From contig CAYMLT010000001.1 of the NCBI GenBank assembly GCA_964391265.1, positions 905-64,904 on the forward strand: a DNA stretch of 64,000 bases, in the 5' to 3' direction. The stretch comes from an uncultured archaeon. Its GTDB lineage: Archaea; Asgardarchaeota; Thorarchaeia; Thorarchaeales; Thorarchaeaceae. The translations under genes and the position numbers were made by a program. Under the pieces are notes generated by a model, which was given only the letters and a program-made list of their open reading frames with translations, did not search any database and was not told the origin of the DNA. Of the stretch, positions 29,743-39,256 are shown one piece after another (the stretch's first letter is position 1; each line of letters opens with the position of its first letter).

Positions 29743-31704
29743 ATGAAAACAATCAGATGTGCAACAATCCTCTTCATTGGACTTATTTTCATAGTTGGAA
29801 TTAGTACACATCCGGTATTCGCTGAAGAAACGACAGTCGTATCACGCGGAGAACTTTTCACCCTTACAGCTACACTTTTTTCAAATGGCACTTCTGGGAT
29901 CCCTTTGCCCAACCAAGTTGTTTGCTTCTTTGACCAATCATACAATGAATTGATGTCACAAGCAATCACCAACGGCGAGGGAATCGCTTCTATTGACTAT
30001 TCGTTTGATTATGACCACCCTCTTGGACCCACACTTGTAAATATTACATTTACTGGAAATGAATCGGTATCACTAGCACCTACATGCCAATGGCTGACAC
30101 TGGTGGTTACTTCCTCGACCACCATAACTATCACTACATTAGATACGGTATACGCTCCAAATGATCATCTAAGTTTCTCATCCCGATTGTCTGATGACTC
30201 AGGAACTCCAATCAATAACGCAGAACTGTCAATTCTTTGTGATTCCAAATTCATTACATCTAGCTTAACAAATACAACAGGGCATGTTCTATTTGACATT
30301 ATCCTTGATTTTACCAATTTTAGTTTGGGGCAGCATACAATCGATGTTGTCTACAACGGCGACCAAAGCAGATTTTATAGAGGAGCTACAATAAGCTTTC
30401 AGATAGCCATTAATCAACTCCTTCCTACCATAGAACTAGATGGCATTACCAACAATCCAGTAATATTAAACCAAACATGGAATGCATCTATACAGTTACA
30501 GGCTGAAGACAAAACGCTAGCATATAGTCCGATAGATATTCTCCTAGATGATACCTATTTGTATACAATATATACAGATGAACTGGGAAATGCTGAAGTA
30601 CGTCTTCACATCAATCAAACTTTTGAAATCGGCGAGCATAATCTCGTATTCGAGTACACAGGAAACAATCGATATCACTCATCGACGACAGATGTGGTAA
30701 TAAACATAGGAAGTCCAATCTGTCTAAATGTGACACCTTTGAACTTTGCTGAGATTGGAAGCTTCTTGAGGCTTAGAATCACTGCATTCGATTTATATTC
30801 TCGGTCGCTACCGTATGGTATTATTCAAGTTTCAGACCAACTATCAGGTAACAATATCACGACTACAATTTCAAATGCAGCAAAGATTGAAGTTTTATTT
30901 CCAGTTGAAGGTGAGATAGGAATTCGAACCCTTCAGGTGCAGGTTACGAATGGCGCATTACTGACCAACAATACTGTTTCTCTAATTATTGACGTTTTTT
31001 CAAGACCTCAGATGGAAATAGCAAACACCAACATTCTTGGATATGCTTATCCTTCTCAAACATGGATTCTATCTGTCCATATACACGATTATCGTGGCAA
31101 CCTTAGCAACCGAATTCTAGAATATTCCTTATCAGGCACTTCACAGATATCATCAACCATAACTGAAAACGATGGAATGTCCACCAATGAAGTGATTTGT
31201 CCTGATACAGAAGGGGACTATTTCTTATATGTAATATACAAAGGTAATGTATCTGAATATGAACTGCCTTGTAATCAAACACTTGCATTTACAGTCAGTC
31301 AAAAGATACCAATTGTAGTGTCGCTTGAAAAGTATGAAGTAATCAGACCATTGAACACAATTGAAGTCACTTTGCGTCTCCAGAGTTTGAATGGGACTTA
31401 CCCAAAGGATGTAGTAGTAATTTACCAATGGTTGTCTGTTGAAAGTTCAAAACCTTCTAGTTTGGAAGGATATCTTGACATCCAGCTCCCAATACCATCT
31501 AATTCAGGTGTGTATTTGTTAATGTATGAAATATCACCAACCAACGGAATATTATCGCATTCCGGGGTTATTTACATCATCATTACTTCTACTGACGCTA
31601 ATGCATCTGAAGGAATTGGACTATATGGTATCACTCTTGGATTCGTGGGATCTGTGTCCATTTTTTCCATTCCGTTTGTTAGACGCCGACTTATTGTTCA
31701 CTAA
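29743..31704 (+). CDS. Secreted, C-terminally anchored surface glycoprotein (Ig-like repeat-rich)
   Basis: Signal peptide, at least 14 N-x-S/T sequons, a C-terminal TM helix followed by RRR. 653 aa. Confidence 0.5.
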   Translation: MKTIRCATILFIGLIFIVGISTHPVFAEETTVVSRGELFTLTATLFSNGTSGIPLPNQVVCFFDQSYNELMSQAITNGEGIASIDYSFDYDHPLGPTLVNITFTGNESVSLAPTCQWLTLVVTSSTTITITTLDTVYAPNDHLSFSSRLSDDSGTPINNAELSILCDSKFITSSLTNTTGHVLFDIILDFTNFSLGQHTIDVVYNGDQSRFYRGATISFQIAINQLLPTIELDGITNNPVILNQTWNASIQLQAEDKTLAYSPIDILLDDTYLYTIYTDELGNAEVRLHINQTFEIGEHNLVFEYTGNNRYHSSTTDVVINIGSPICLNVTPLNFAEIGSFLRLRITAFDLYSRSLPYGIIQVSDQLSGNNITTTISNAAKIEVLFPVEGEIGIRTLQVQVTNGALLTNNTVSLIIDVFSRPQMEIANTNILGYAYPSQTWILSVHIHDYRGNLSNRILEYSLSGTSQISSTITENDGMSTNEVICPDTEGDYFLYVIYKGNVSEYELPCNQTLAFTVSQKIPIVVSLEKYEVIRPLNTIEVTLRLQSLNGTYPKDVVVIYQWLSVESSKPSSLEGYLDIQLPIPSNSGVYLLMYEISPTNGILSHSGVIYIIITSTDANASEGIGLYGITLGFVGSVSIFSIPFVRRRLIVH

Positions 31705-31717
31705 AAAGCATAATTGG

Positions 31718-31792
31718 TGCTCCGGCCGGGATTCGGACCCGGGTCGGGGAATCGAGAACCCCCCATGCTTGGCCGGACTACACTACCGGAGC
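31718..31792 (-). tRNA. tRNA-Glu (anticodon CUC), with CCA encoded at 31715-31717
   Basis: Cloverleaf by hand: acceptor GCUCCGG/CCGGAGC, T-arm CCGGG-UCCGAAU-CCCGG, anticodon loop UUCUCGA. Confidence 0.75.
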
Positions 31793-31900
31793 AAGAAATA
31801 TCCAGCCGCACTACATCAGGACCTCCAGGCTGGATAAATAAGGATTTCCTATGAAGATAAAAGATCTAGATACGAATGATGTATCTATGGATTAGAAAAA

Positions 31901-32104
31901 CTAGGGAAAGAGGTTCGTTAGACCGCTCCAACTATCCTGAAGCAGTTGTAGTAGTCCCGATATTGCTTCTTGCGCCCATCCGGTAGCTTGAAGGATTACT
32001 GCAATAACAATGGATATCGTAATAACAGCGAGTCCAAGAAGAAGGCTTTCTTCTACCAGAGGGCCGCCGTTTTCATCATCTATAAGCGAAGAAGGACCAG
32101 TCAT
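31901..32104 (-). CDS. Small single-TM protein at the end of the rpo8-tfb-ATPase operon
   Basis: 67 aa with one long hydrophobic helix. There is no basic class-III signal peptide, so a pilin identity is unsupported. Confidence 0.25.
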   Translation of the reverse strand: MTGPSSLIDDENGGPLVEESLLLGLAVITISIVIAVILQATGWAQEAISGLLQLLQDSWSGLTNLFP

Positions 32105-32184
32105 AGTACTACACCTTACATTAAGATTCCCTAGTTGCTATTTAAGCCCCACAAATCAAAATCGAAATCGGAAAGATTCTAGTA

Positions 32185-33885
32185 TCATTTTTGAGAAGCT
32201 TTCGAAAATAATGGATATGAATTTGACCAGAGTGTGCTTCCAATATTGGACACATCATTACTTCCGTCAATAATCTTTTTGTGAAGAACCCTTACAAGAG
32301 CATCATACGCAACACGATAATTCTCAATCCCTTTTGCATTTGCCGAGTCATAGAATATACCATCCTTTGACCAAGAATCATTTCCAACCGGATTTTGTCT
32401 ATCATAGATTATATTTAGGCCATTGAAATCAATAATTCCCCGTTGTTCGCTTCGCTTAACTTCTGCTATCTGCTTCACATAACGAAATGACTCTCCAGGT
32501 CGAGGACGTTCAAGTGTCACAATTATATCCAGTAACGCAATGCTTGATTCATTGATATTGTGGTTCTTTGTCCAGCGTGTAACAAGACTGGATGCTGAAG
32601 AGCTATGACACGTCTGGATTGAACACAAGCCGGCAGCAATTGAATGAAACAAAGCAAGGCTGTGTTTCGCAGTCTGAATTTCTCCTAATATCAAATAGTC
32701 TGGAGACCTATGCAAGCTTTTCACAATTTCTGTAGATTTATCAAAGGTACCACCTGTTTCATCTACAGGATCAACTCTAATTCTAACTTGATGATGGTTT
32801 TCATACAAGCGACTTTCAATGGCGTCTTCTATGTAGACTTTGCGCCATATCTGTGGAGTTGTTCTGTCAAGTGCATTCATTAGAGTAGTTTTACCTACTC
32901 CTGGTCCTCCAGTAATCGTAATATTCATTCTGGAGTTGATTGCGAGTATCAGCAGAGCGGCTGCTTCAACACTTAATGTATCGTTTCTTATCAAATCCAA
33001 TATTGTGTATGGTTCGGAACGCGCACGCCTGATTTCAAGATGCATCCCTTCTGCCGCTAGAGGAGGAAGGCTTGCAGAAATTCGAAGGGGTACATTATAG
33101 ATTGTGATATCCGTTTTCAATGAAGGATTTCTTCTATCTAAATGCAGGTTGCTTTCAGCCCGTAGGAACGTTACTAATCTCACTAAATCTTCCTCCTCGG
33201 GCTTCCAGGATATCAGGACCCGTCCTAACCTACGGTGATCAAAATATACTTGACTACCAGGACGATCGAGGTATATTTCCTCAACTTCATCATCTAAAAT
33301 AAGTGGGAATAGGAATTTAAGAATGGTAGAATTGTGTGCTATGATTTCCGAAATGTTGCCTTTTGTAGTAGAATTAATCTCTGGTAATGAAGACTCAATC
33401 TTTGTTATTACATCTGCAGACATATTTTGCAGCTTCTGCTGAAGCTTCCTCCTAGTTGGTTTCTGTCCTATAGAGTAACTTGTGATTTGGCTCAAATCAC
33501 ACACCAATGAATGTTCTAAAGAAGTTCTGGTACGCGGAACCGCATGATGCCAAGTATGGTCAGTAGTTTCATTATGAAAGAAAAGAGAAACGTAGGGGCC
33601 AACTATGTAGGCATCAACAAGATATTGTGCATTATCAACCAGAATATCTATAGAATCCATATAGACTGATTCCCAACTGTTCCCATACCATGGTGGTTCA
33701 ATGGGCAACATTGGACATTGAAGAGGTAAATGGATAAGATTCCTATTAGCTTCAATGAGAAGAAGTTTCTGCGATCTAGAAAACTCAGCAGCAATCAGCT
33801 CACAACCACGTGAAGCGACACGATGCACACATCCTTCACAGCGTGTATCTGGACATGTAATTGACCGTATTTTATCCATATACAT
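32185..33885 (-). CDS. VirB11/FlaI/GspE-family secretion ATPase with an N-terminal Cys4 cluster
   Basis: Walker A GGPGVGKTT, Walker B and Asp box PDYLILGEIQ, His box GLCSIQTCHSS. The N-terminus carries Cys11, Cys16, Cys19 and Cys28. Confidence 0.75.
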   Translation of the reverse strand: MYMDKIRSITCPDTRCEGCVHRVASRGCELIAAEFSRSQKLLLIEANRNLIHLPLQCPMLPIEPPWYGNSWESVYMDSIDILVDNAQYLVDAYIVGPYVSLFFHNETTDHTWHHAVPRTRTSLEHSLVCDLSQITSYSIGQKPTRRKLQQKLQNMSADVITKIESSLPEINSTTKGNISEIIAHNSTILKFLFPLILDDEVEEIYLDRPGSQVYFDHRRLGRVLISWKPEEEDLVRLVTFLRAESNLHLDRRNPSLKTDITIYNVPLRISASLPPLAAEGMHLEIRRARSEPYTILDLIRNDTLSVEAAALLILAINSRMNITITGGPGVGKTTLMNALDRTTPQIWRKVYIEDAIESRLYENHHQVRIRVDPVDETGGTFDKSTEIVKSLHRSPDYLILGEIQTAKHSLALFHSIAAGLCSIQTCHSSSASSLVTRWTKNHNINESSIALLDIIVTLERPRPGESFRYVKQIAEVKRSEQRGIIDFNGLNIIYDRQNPVGNDSWSKDGIFYDSANAKGIENYRVAYDALVRVLHKKIIDGSNDVSNIGSTLWSNSYPLFSKASQK

Positions 33886-33930
33886 CTAAATCTCACACCT
33901 ACTATTCCCACGACAACAGGACACGTCCAC

Positions 33931-34971
33931 TTAAACGGCTAAAGCCGCTTCTGCTTCAACAATGCTCTTTATCATACCAAAATGATCGCGGATACTGTAC
34001 TCAGCAACTTCTGTCGCTTGCGAGGCAAGCTTCTGAGTTAACACGCAGCGTTTTCCATGTTCGGATGCCAACAAACGATCACTTGCATACGTAGCAGATA
34101 CTGTGAATATGAATGGATTGCGCCCTCCGCGCTTTGAAGAAGGTACAAGATTCAAGACAAAAAGTACTTTCTCTCGTAGAAGGTTTTCGTAATCACGTGA
34201 AGTCCAACCGCGTGATTCAATTTTGCCTTTCACTTTCGTGTCATTAATTAACATTGATAAGACTCGCGGAACATAATCTTCTGGTTTCCTAATCTTAGGA
34301 GAGTGTCCTGTAAGGGATCGTATTTTTAGAGCTTCTCTAACAATTGCTCGCACATTCACTCGATGCCCACATTTCTCAAATGTATCTGCAATTTCTTCCA
34401 ATGTAATTGGAGCTCCCTCTTTGAATTCGCGAACAGACATCAATAAACAGACTGCTATAAGTAGAATATTATTAGTTACCTTTTCGGGGGACTCGTCTAT
34501 AATCTTCTTATAGAGATATGCTGTTCGATCACGAACCTGCTCGTTAAGCATAAGAAGTTTAGACACATGATTTAAAGTCCTGAGAGCTCGATATTTAGCC
34601 TCATTTTTTCCTATTCGAACCCTCGTACTGTAAACGTTTTTCAGTCTCTTGTATTTTTTCTGCATGGAACCAGGAAGAGACTGCCCATTCGCATCACGAA
34701 AGTATACATCCTTATGAAAACCAATATAGCTTCCAAGTCCATCCACAATGTGCATCCTATTTCCCAAGGAGCCATATACACTAGCATCCGGAGTTCCTGC
34801 CTTCTGCCGTTCTCCCATTTGATATGTAGGATTAACATACTCTTTAGAAATTACTACGCCACAATCAGAGCAAACAACAAAACCTCTGTTGATTATGATA
34901 GTGCCAGCGCACTCTGGGCATACCCCAGAAAGAACATTTGTTTCAATTGATACATCGACCAATGACCACAC
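33931..34971 (-). CDS. tfb: Transcription initiation factor IIB (TFB) paralog
   Basis: N-terminal zinc ribbon CPEC-x15-CSDC and two cyclin-like repeats; 346 aa. Confidence 0.7.
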   Translation of the reverse strand: MWSLVDVSIETNVLSGVCPECAGTIIINRGFVVCSDCGVVISKEYVNPTYQMGERQKAGTPDASVYGSLGNRMHIVDGLGSYIGFHKDVYFRDANGQSLPGSMQKKYKRLKNVYSTRVRIGKNEAKYRALRTLNHVSKLLMLNEQVRDRTAYLYKKIIDESPEKVTNNILLIAVCLLMSVREFKEGAPITLEEIADTFEKCGHRVNVRAIVREALKIRSLTGHSPKIRKPEDYVPRVLSMLINDTKVKGKIESRGWTSRDYENLLREKVLFVLNLVPSSKRGGRNPFIFTVSATYASDRLLASEHGKRCVLTQKLASQATEVAEYSIRDHFGMIKSIVEAEAALAV

Positions 34972-35144
34972 CCATATTGGCCATTACATTTGTTTCCTAA
35001 CTAGATTTCAGAAGGTTGTTGTTAGTTCCTTCTACTGGTTTGTCCATTTTATCGAATGCAAAACAACATTAGTGGAACATCAGGGGCATGGTGAGAAAGT
35101 GAGATAACCGAAAGTATTCGTGGATAATTGGCGTAATCATCAAT

Positions 35145-35543
35145 TCAATTCAAAGCTATGAAAATCCTTTCAGAATCGAACGCTTTTCTTTGTGTAGGCT
35201 TCGGTGATGGAATCTCAAATTCAAGACGAAGTCCTCCAATGGTTGCAACCACCTCAAAGTTTTCCATCTCATTAATTTTGAATACAGTTCCTTCTGCATA
35301 GAGCTTGGCATTCTCTCCTCTTGGAATTGGCTCGGAGCTAATTGTAACAACAACAGAATCCTTGACATTAAATGGATCACAAAGTGCATCAGGAAGCTCA
35401 AGTGTCAGTGTTGCGCTTTCTAATTTTGATGTTATCTTTAGTACTTTTAGCTTCTTTGTTTCCGCATCATCAATTGAACTAATTATAGCATCCTTTATTC
35501 GCACTGACATTATATCCATGTCTCCAATACCTTGCTGGGGCAT
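35145..35543 (-). CDS. RNA polymerase subunit Rpb8-like (Rpo8/RpoG-type OB-fold protein)
   Basis: TLTLELPDALCDPFNVKDSVVVTISS and YAEGTVFKI...TIGGLRLEFE align to the Rpb8 segments KLTLDIN..LFPVAAQDSLTVTIASS and MYGTAYKF...SFGGLLMRLEG. The alignment was made from memory. Confidence 0.5.
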   Translation of the reverse strand: MPQQGIGDMDIMSVRIKDAIISSIDDAETKKLKVLKITSKLESATLTLELPDALCDPFNVKDSVVVTISSEPIPRGENAKLYAEGTVFKINEMENFEVVATIGGLRLEFEIPSPKPTQRKAFDSERIFIALN

Positions 35544-35631
35544 GCCTTCAGCTGTCAGTGCTGAATTAAACCTGTCGATAAAGTCATGGGGTGTTTTTTA
35601 GGCATTATAACGACAACTTTCCGGTGATTAT

Positions 35632-38271
35632 TTGCGACCATATCTAGCTGTCATAATATCATTTGCAGCACTAGTGACTTTCTGTTTTGTTGTTCCAGTG
35701 TCGGCTTTGTATCTCGACTTTGAGTATTTTGAAACTGACCAAATGACGTATGAAGTAGGTGAAACAATCAATATGGTCACAAAAATGACTGCAAATTACG
35801 ATGAAGGTGGCTGGTGTTATGCATCATTTGCAGTAGTTACCGATCAGGGACCTGTTTTTGATGACAGCTACTATGTTGATTCATCGCCAGATGTCCGGTA
35901 TCTCACTTCATCTTACACTGTCATGCCTCAAGATACATCTCCATTTCCTGACCCCATAGTTGCATATGTAATCTTTAATGTCGAAATCTTTGACAAGTAT
36001 TCGCAAGGAGTGAGTGAAAATGTCGAAGTCAATATAACAAGAGGCATTATTCAGGTTCGCCCACTTTCTTCGCTGTCAATTGAAGCAAATAGCAATGCTT
36101 CCATTTCTCTAAGTATGGCAAGTCGCTACAATGAAAGTGTCCCATACGCGAATCAGGCTGTTTCAGTGGAAATCTATGATTTCAGTTCTTCACTTGTATT
36201 TGAAAATGTGACAAACACCGATATGTATGGTCATATCCTTCTTGAATGGGATTCTCTTCCCTTTCCTCTAGGAACCTATTCAATCCAAGTTGGCGGAAAT
36301 GACACCTCCTCATTCCATTCTTTTTCCGATTCACTGATTATGACTGTGGAACCTGAGAATTCAAGTATTAATATTGTTGCCGCCACTGAAGACATGTATT
36401 GTCAAACACCAAGTGGGATGGGCTTTGAATCAGCTAACATTGTTATTGAGCATGTAGATAAGAATGAAAATCCAATCGAGGGATCAATTATTTCATGGGA
36501 AACCGATTTTGCTAATGGCACCTTTAATTCTCAAGGTAATGGAATATACAATACAAACATATCATTCGTAACATCACCCGGTACATATATCGTAAACATC
36601 AGCGCCTTCAATTCTCAATATCAAAATGCAACCAACTATGTTTCAATAGATGTTTTCCCTCGAAATCTTCTAATCACAATAACAAATCAACAAGTCCTTA
36701 CTACGTCTGATGTAGAAATCGCAGTCGCGTTAAAAGACTGGCAGTCTGTAGAACAAATAGAATCACTTCCTGTTGAAATGAGTCTGGTTCTGGGGTCCTG
36801 GAATTATAGTGTAATAGAACTGTCTAACTCTTCAGGGATAGCATTATTCACAGTGAGTATTCCAAGTTCCAAATGGGGTACTGCAGAGATAACTGTAAAT
36901 GTGACTGCATCGCTCTATTATAACGAAGTACATACAACAACAAACATTGATGTTCTCTATGTGCCCCATATAACTAGCGAAATTATATTATCACCCATTC
37001 GAAACGAATTCGCACTTGCAAACCTAACAATTTTGGATCCATTAGGCTTTCCTTCTATTGGTCTAGAGATTTACCTCTTGGATTCCCAAGGCACTTCGAT
37101 AGAATCTGGATCTACCGACTCGCATGGAATAGTTAGCCTAAGATGGTTGATACCGTTTGATGCTCCACTAGGACCTTACAACTACACTATTCTTATTGAA
37201 ACAAACTCTCAATTTGTCCAAGCTATTTCGACTCCCTTGCAAACTGTAATTCATTACCCTCTATGGGTATCATCCACAAATACAACCTGGAATTTTGTTC
37301 GAGGGAGTAATACGGAAGTAGGAATTCTTTTGAAATCAGAAGACGGATTAATGCAATCTATTCCCCTTCTCCTGAATGATAGTCTGGGAGAATTTATGGA
37401 ATACATAATGATACCACTAGGAGTCTTGACAAATATTTCAATCAACATTGGTCCTACCGTGACAATTGGATTTCGGTCAATTGAAATCCTGATTCTGGAT
37501 TCAAATTTTGCACTAATGGGCAATCAATCAATTGACTCATCTATTCTTACAACAATTATATCGACAATCGACAATATTACTGTATTTCAAGGCGAAAATC
37601 TGGAATTTGATTTATTCACTTTAGATGACGCTATGCAAGAAGTGGAAGTCATAAATGTGAATATTTACCAGGGGGGGAATGAAACTCCATTTGCAAATCT
37701 GGTGAATGTGAATACGAACATACGCCAGATAATCCCCCTTCCCCAATGGATTTCTCCCGGGTCCCAACAGATTATAGTTGAAACATTCGGGAATTATTCG
37801 ATTCATGACTACAAGTGCTTGCTAATTGTGGTATGGATTCGAACAACGATTACAATTTCTATTGTTACAAAATATGGAGGAGCCATGATTCCGCAATCTG
37901 AAACTATGCCATACACTCCTTTCCATCAAGAAACTGCAGCAATAATCTCTTCAGGCGTAATAAGCAACCCGCCTCCAATCTTGTTTAATGGAACTACTAC
38001 AGAAGACTCCACAACCCGTGAAATTTCCCCTACCAGTTGTCCAAGGTTTAATTCAGGAACAAGTAACTTCTCAACTGTTTTCGAGAATGCTTTCAACTCA
38101 GTATCCGGAAATGGCCAAAGGGTTCGCAGTCTGATAGATTTAAAGGATGATTTACTTTCAATCATTGCCTCATCAACGGATCTTGAAGTGCTGCCAAATG
38201 AAACCACCCCCCATTCCGCCTTTTCCGGACCCGAAACAACAACATCTGAAATGAGATTCCTCTTTGTTTGA
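35632..38271 (+). CDS. Large secreted surface glycoprotein; the ORF runs 345 bp into the convergent korA gene
   Basis: Signal peptide, many N-x-S/T sequons and a candidate TM anchor near residue 730 (about 37.8 kb). The roughly 130 aa beyond the anchor overlap korA antisense and may be read-through. Confidence 0.45.
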   Translation: MRPYLAVIISFAALVTFCFVVPVSALYLDFEYFETDQMTYEVGETINMVTKMTANYDEGGWCYASFAVVTDQGPVFDDSYYVDSSPDVRYLTSSYTVMPQDTSPFPDPIVAYVIFNVEIFDKYSQGVSENVEVNITRGIIQVRPLSSLSIEANSNASISLSMASRYNESVPYANQAVSVEIYDFSSSLVFENVTNTDMYGHILLEWDSLPFPLGTYSIQVGGNDTSSFHSFSDSLIMTVEPENSSINIVAATEDMYCQTPSGMGFESANIVIEHVDKNENPIEGSIISWETDFANGTFNSQGNGIYNTNISFVTSPGTYIVNISAFNSQYQNATNYVSIDVFPRNLLITITNQQVLTTSDVEIAVALKDWQSVEQIESLPVEMSLVLGSWNYSVIELSNSSGIALFTVSIPSSKWGTAEITVNVTASLYYNEVHTTTNIDVLYVPHITSEIILSPIRNEFALANLTILDPLGFPSIGLEIYLLDSQGTSIESGSTDSHGIVSLRWLIPFDAPLGPYNYTILIETNSQFVQAISTPLQTVIHYPLWVSSTNTTWNFVRGSNTEVGILLKSEDGLMQSIPLLLNDSLGEFMEYIMIPLGVLTNISINIGPTVTIGFRSIEILILDSNFALMGNQSIDSSILTTIISTIDNITVFQGENLEFDLFTLDDAMQEVEVINVNIYQGGNETPFANLVNVNTNIRQIIPLPQWISPGSQQIIVETFGNYSIHDYKCLLIVVWIRTTITISIVTKYGGAMIPQSETMPYTPFHQETAAIISSGVISNPPPILFNGTTTEDSTTREISPTSCPRFNSGTSNFSTVFENAFNSVSGNGQRVRSLIDLKDDLLSIIASSTDLEVLPNETTPHSAFSGPETTTSEMRFLFV

Positions 38272-39047
38272 ATCTTCTGTTTCAACCTACGGACTAGATT
38301 ATCATGAGTCATGGCATCTGAAGTTTTTCTGAAGCCTCTATTATCATGTGTAGAACCTGTCACCAATAAGTTGTGACCATCTCCAAATCTTGGCATCAAA
38401 GCATGACCATCAGCTGATTCACCACCATAATGTGGGTCTGTTAATGAAATCAGTTTTCTTTGGACTATTGGGTCCGTGATATCGCTCACAGTAACTTTTT
38501 CACGTGAATGTGCTACTATCTCATCAGATAGAAGTATTACAGGATGTCTAAGCATTTCCGAAAGGGCGAATGCCTTGATAGTTAACTCGTATGATTCTTG
38601 TGCTGAGTTAGGTGCAAGAACAATGCTTTCATGGTCGCCATGTGTTCCCCACCGCGCCTGCATGACATCCCCCTGTGCTACTTTTGTGGCTTGACCAGTG
38701 CTTGGTCCAGAACGTTGAACATCAACTATGACACAAGGAGTTTCAGTCATTGTCGCATATCCAATGTTTTCTTGCATTAGACTGAAACCAGGTCCTGATG
38801 TGGCAGTCATCGAAAGAAGGCCTCCCCAAGATGCACCAATTACCGCTGAAATAGCAGCAATTTCATCTTCCATTTGCAGGTAAGTTCCATTTATTCTGGG
38901 AAGACGGTGTGACATGACTTCGGCGATTTCTGATGCAGGTGTTATTGGATATCCCGCAAAAAATCTACAACCCGCAGCAAGAGCTCCTTCGGCACAAGCT
39001 TGGTTGCCTTGCCAAAAATGAACTTTAGAATCTTGAGAAGACATCAT
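37926..39047 (-). CDS. korA: 2-oxoacid:ferredoxin oxidoreductase alpha subunit (KorA/PorA-like), no adjacent beta subunit
   Basis: GNQACAEGALAAGCRFFAGYPITPASEI N-terminus; 373 aa. No korB/TPP-binding ORF lies on either side. Confidence 0.75.
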   Translation of the reverse strand: MMSSQDSKVHFWQGNQACAEGALAAGCRFFAGYPITPASEIAEVMSHRLPRINGTYLQMEDEIAAISAVIGASWGGLLSMTATSGPGFSLMQENIGYATMTETPCVIVDVQRSGPSTGQATKVAQGDVMQARWGTHGDHESIVLAPNSAQESYELTIKAFALSEMLRHPVILLSDEIVAHSREKVTVSDITDPIVQRKLISLTDPHYGGESADGHALMPRFGDGHNLLVTGSTHDNRGFRKTSDAMTHDNLVRRLKQKIQTKRNLISDVVVSGPEKAEWGVVSFGSTSRSVDEAMIESKSSFKSIRLRTLWPFPDTELKAFSKTVEKLLVPELNLGQLVGEISRVVESSVVVPLNKIGGGLLITPEEIIAAVS

Positions 39048-39168
39048 AAGAAACTCAATCCGTTACCAAATTGCCCCTCAGATAAAATTTGAGATTTGAC
39101 CTCGAAACATGAATATTATCAAAACAATACGATATTCTTTTATCGTAATACAAAACTGAACCTTTTCA

Positions 39169-39200
39169 GCGGCCATTGTCTAGTTTGGTTAGGACGGAAT
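39169..39200 (+). other. tRNA-like 5' fragment (acceptor strand GCGGCCA plus a complete D-arm)
   Basis: GCGGCCAUUGUCUAGUUUGGUUAGGAC closely resembles the 5' thirds of the tRNA-Gly and tRNA-Pro in this window. No complete tRNA follows. Confidence 0.35.
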
Positions 39201-39256
39201 TACTTCTTCTCCGGTCGGGTCTATTGACTTCATGGAAGAACCTTACAAGAGTTCTG

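Noticed and set aside
31901-32104. The 67-aa membrane protein as a type IV pilin or archaellin
   Set aside because: The N-terminus is acidic (DDENGG) with no basic residue plus G/A cleavage site before the hydrophobic helix. It does not fit a class III signal peptide.
37000-37925. A korB remnant downstream of korA on the minus strand
   Set aside because: Translations of all three minus frames show no TPP-binding GDG motif and no KorB-like Cys motifs.
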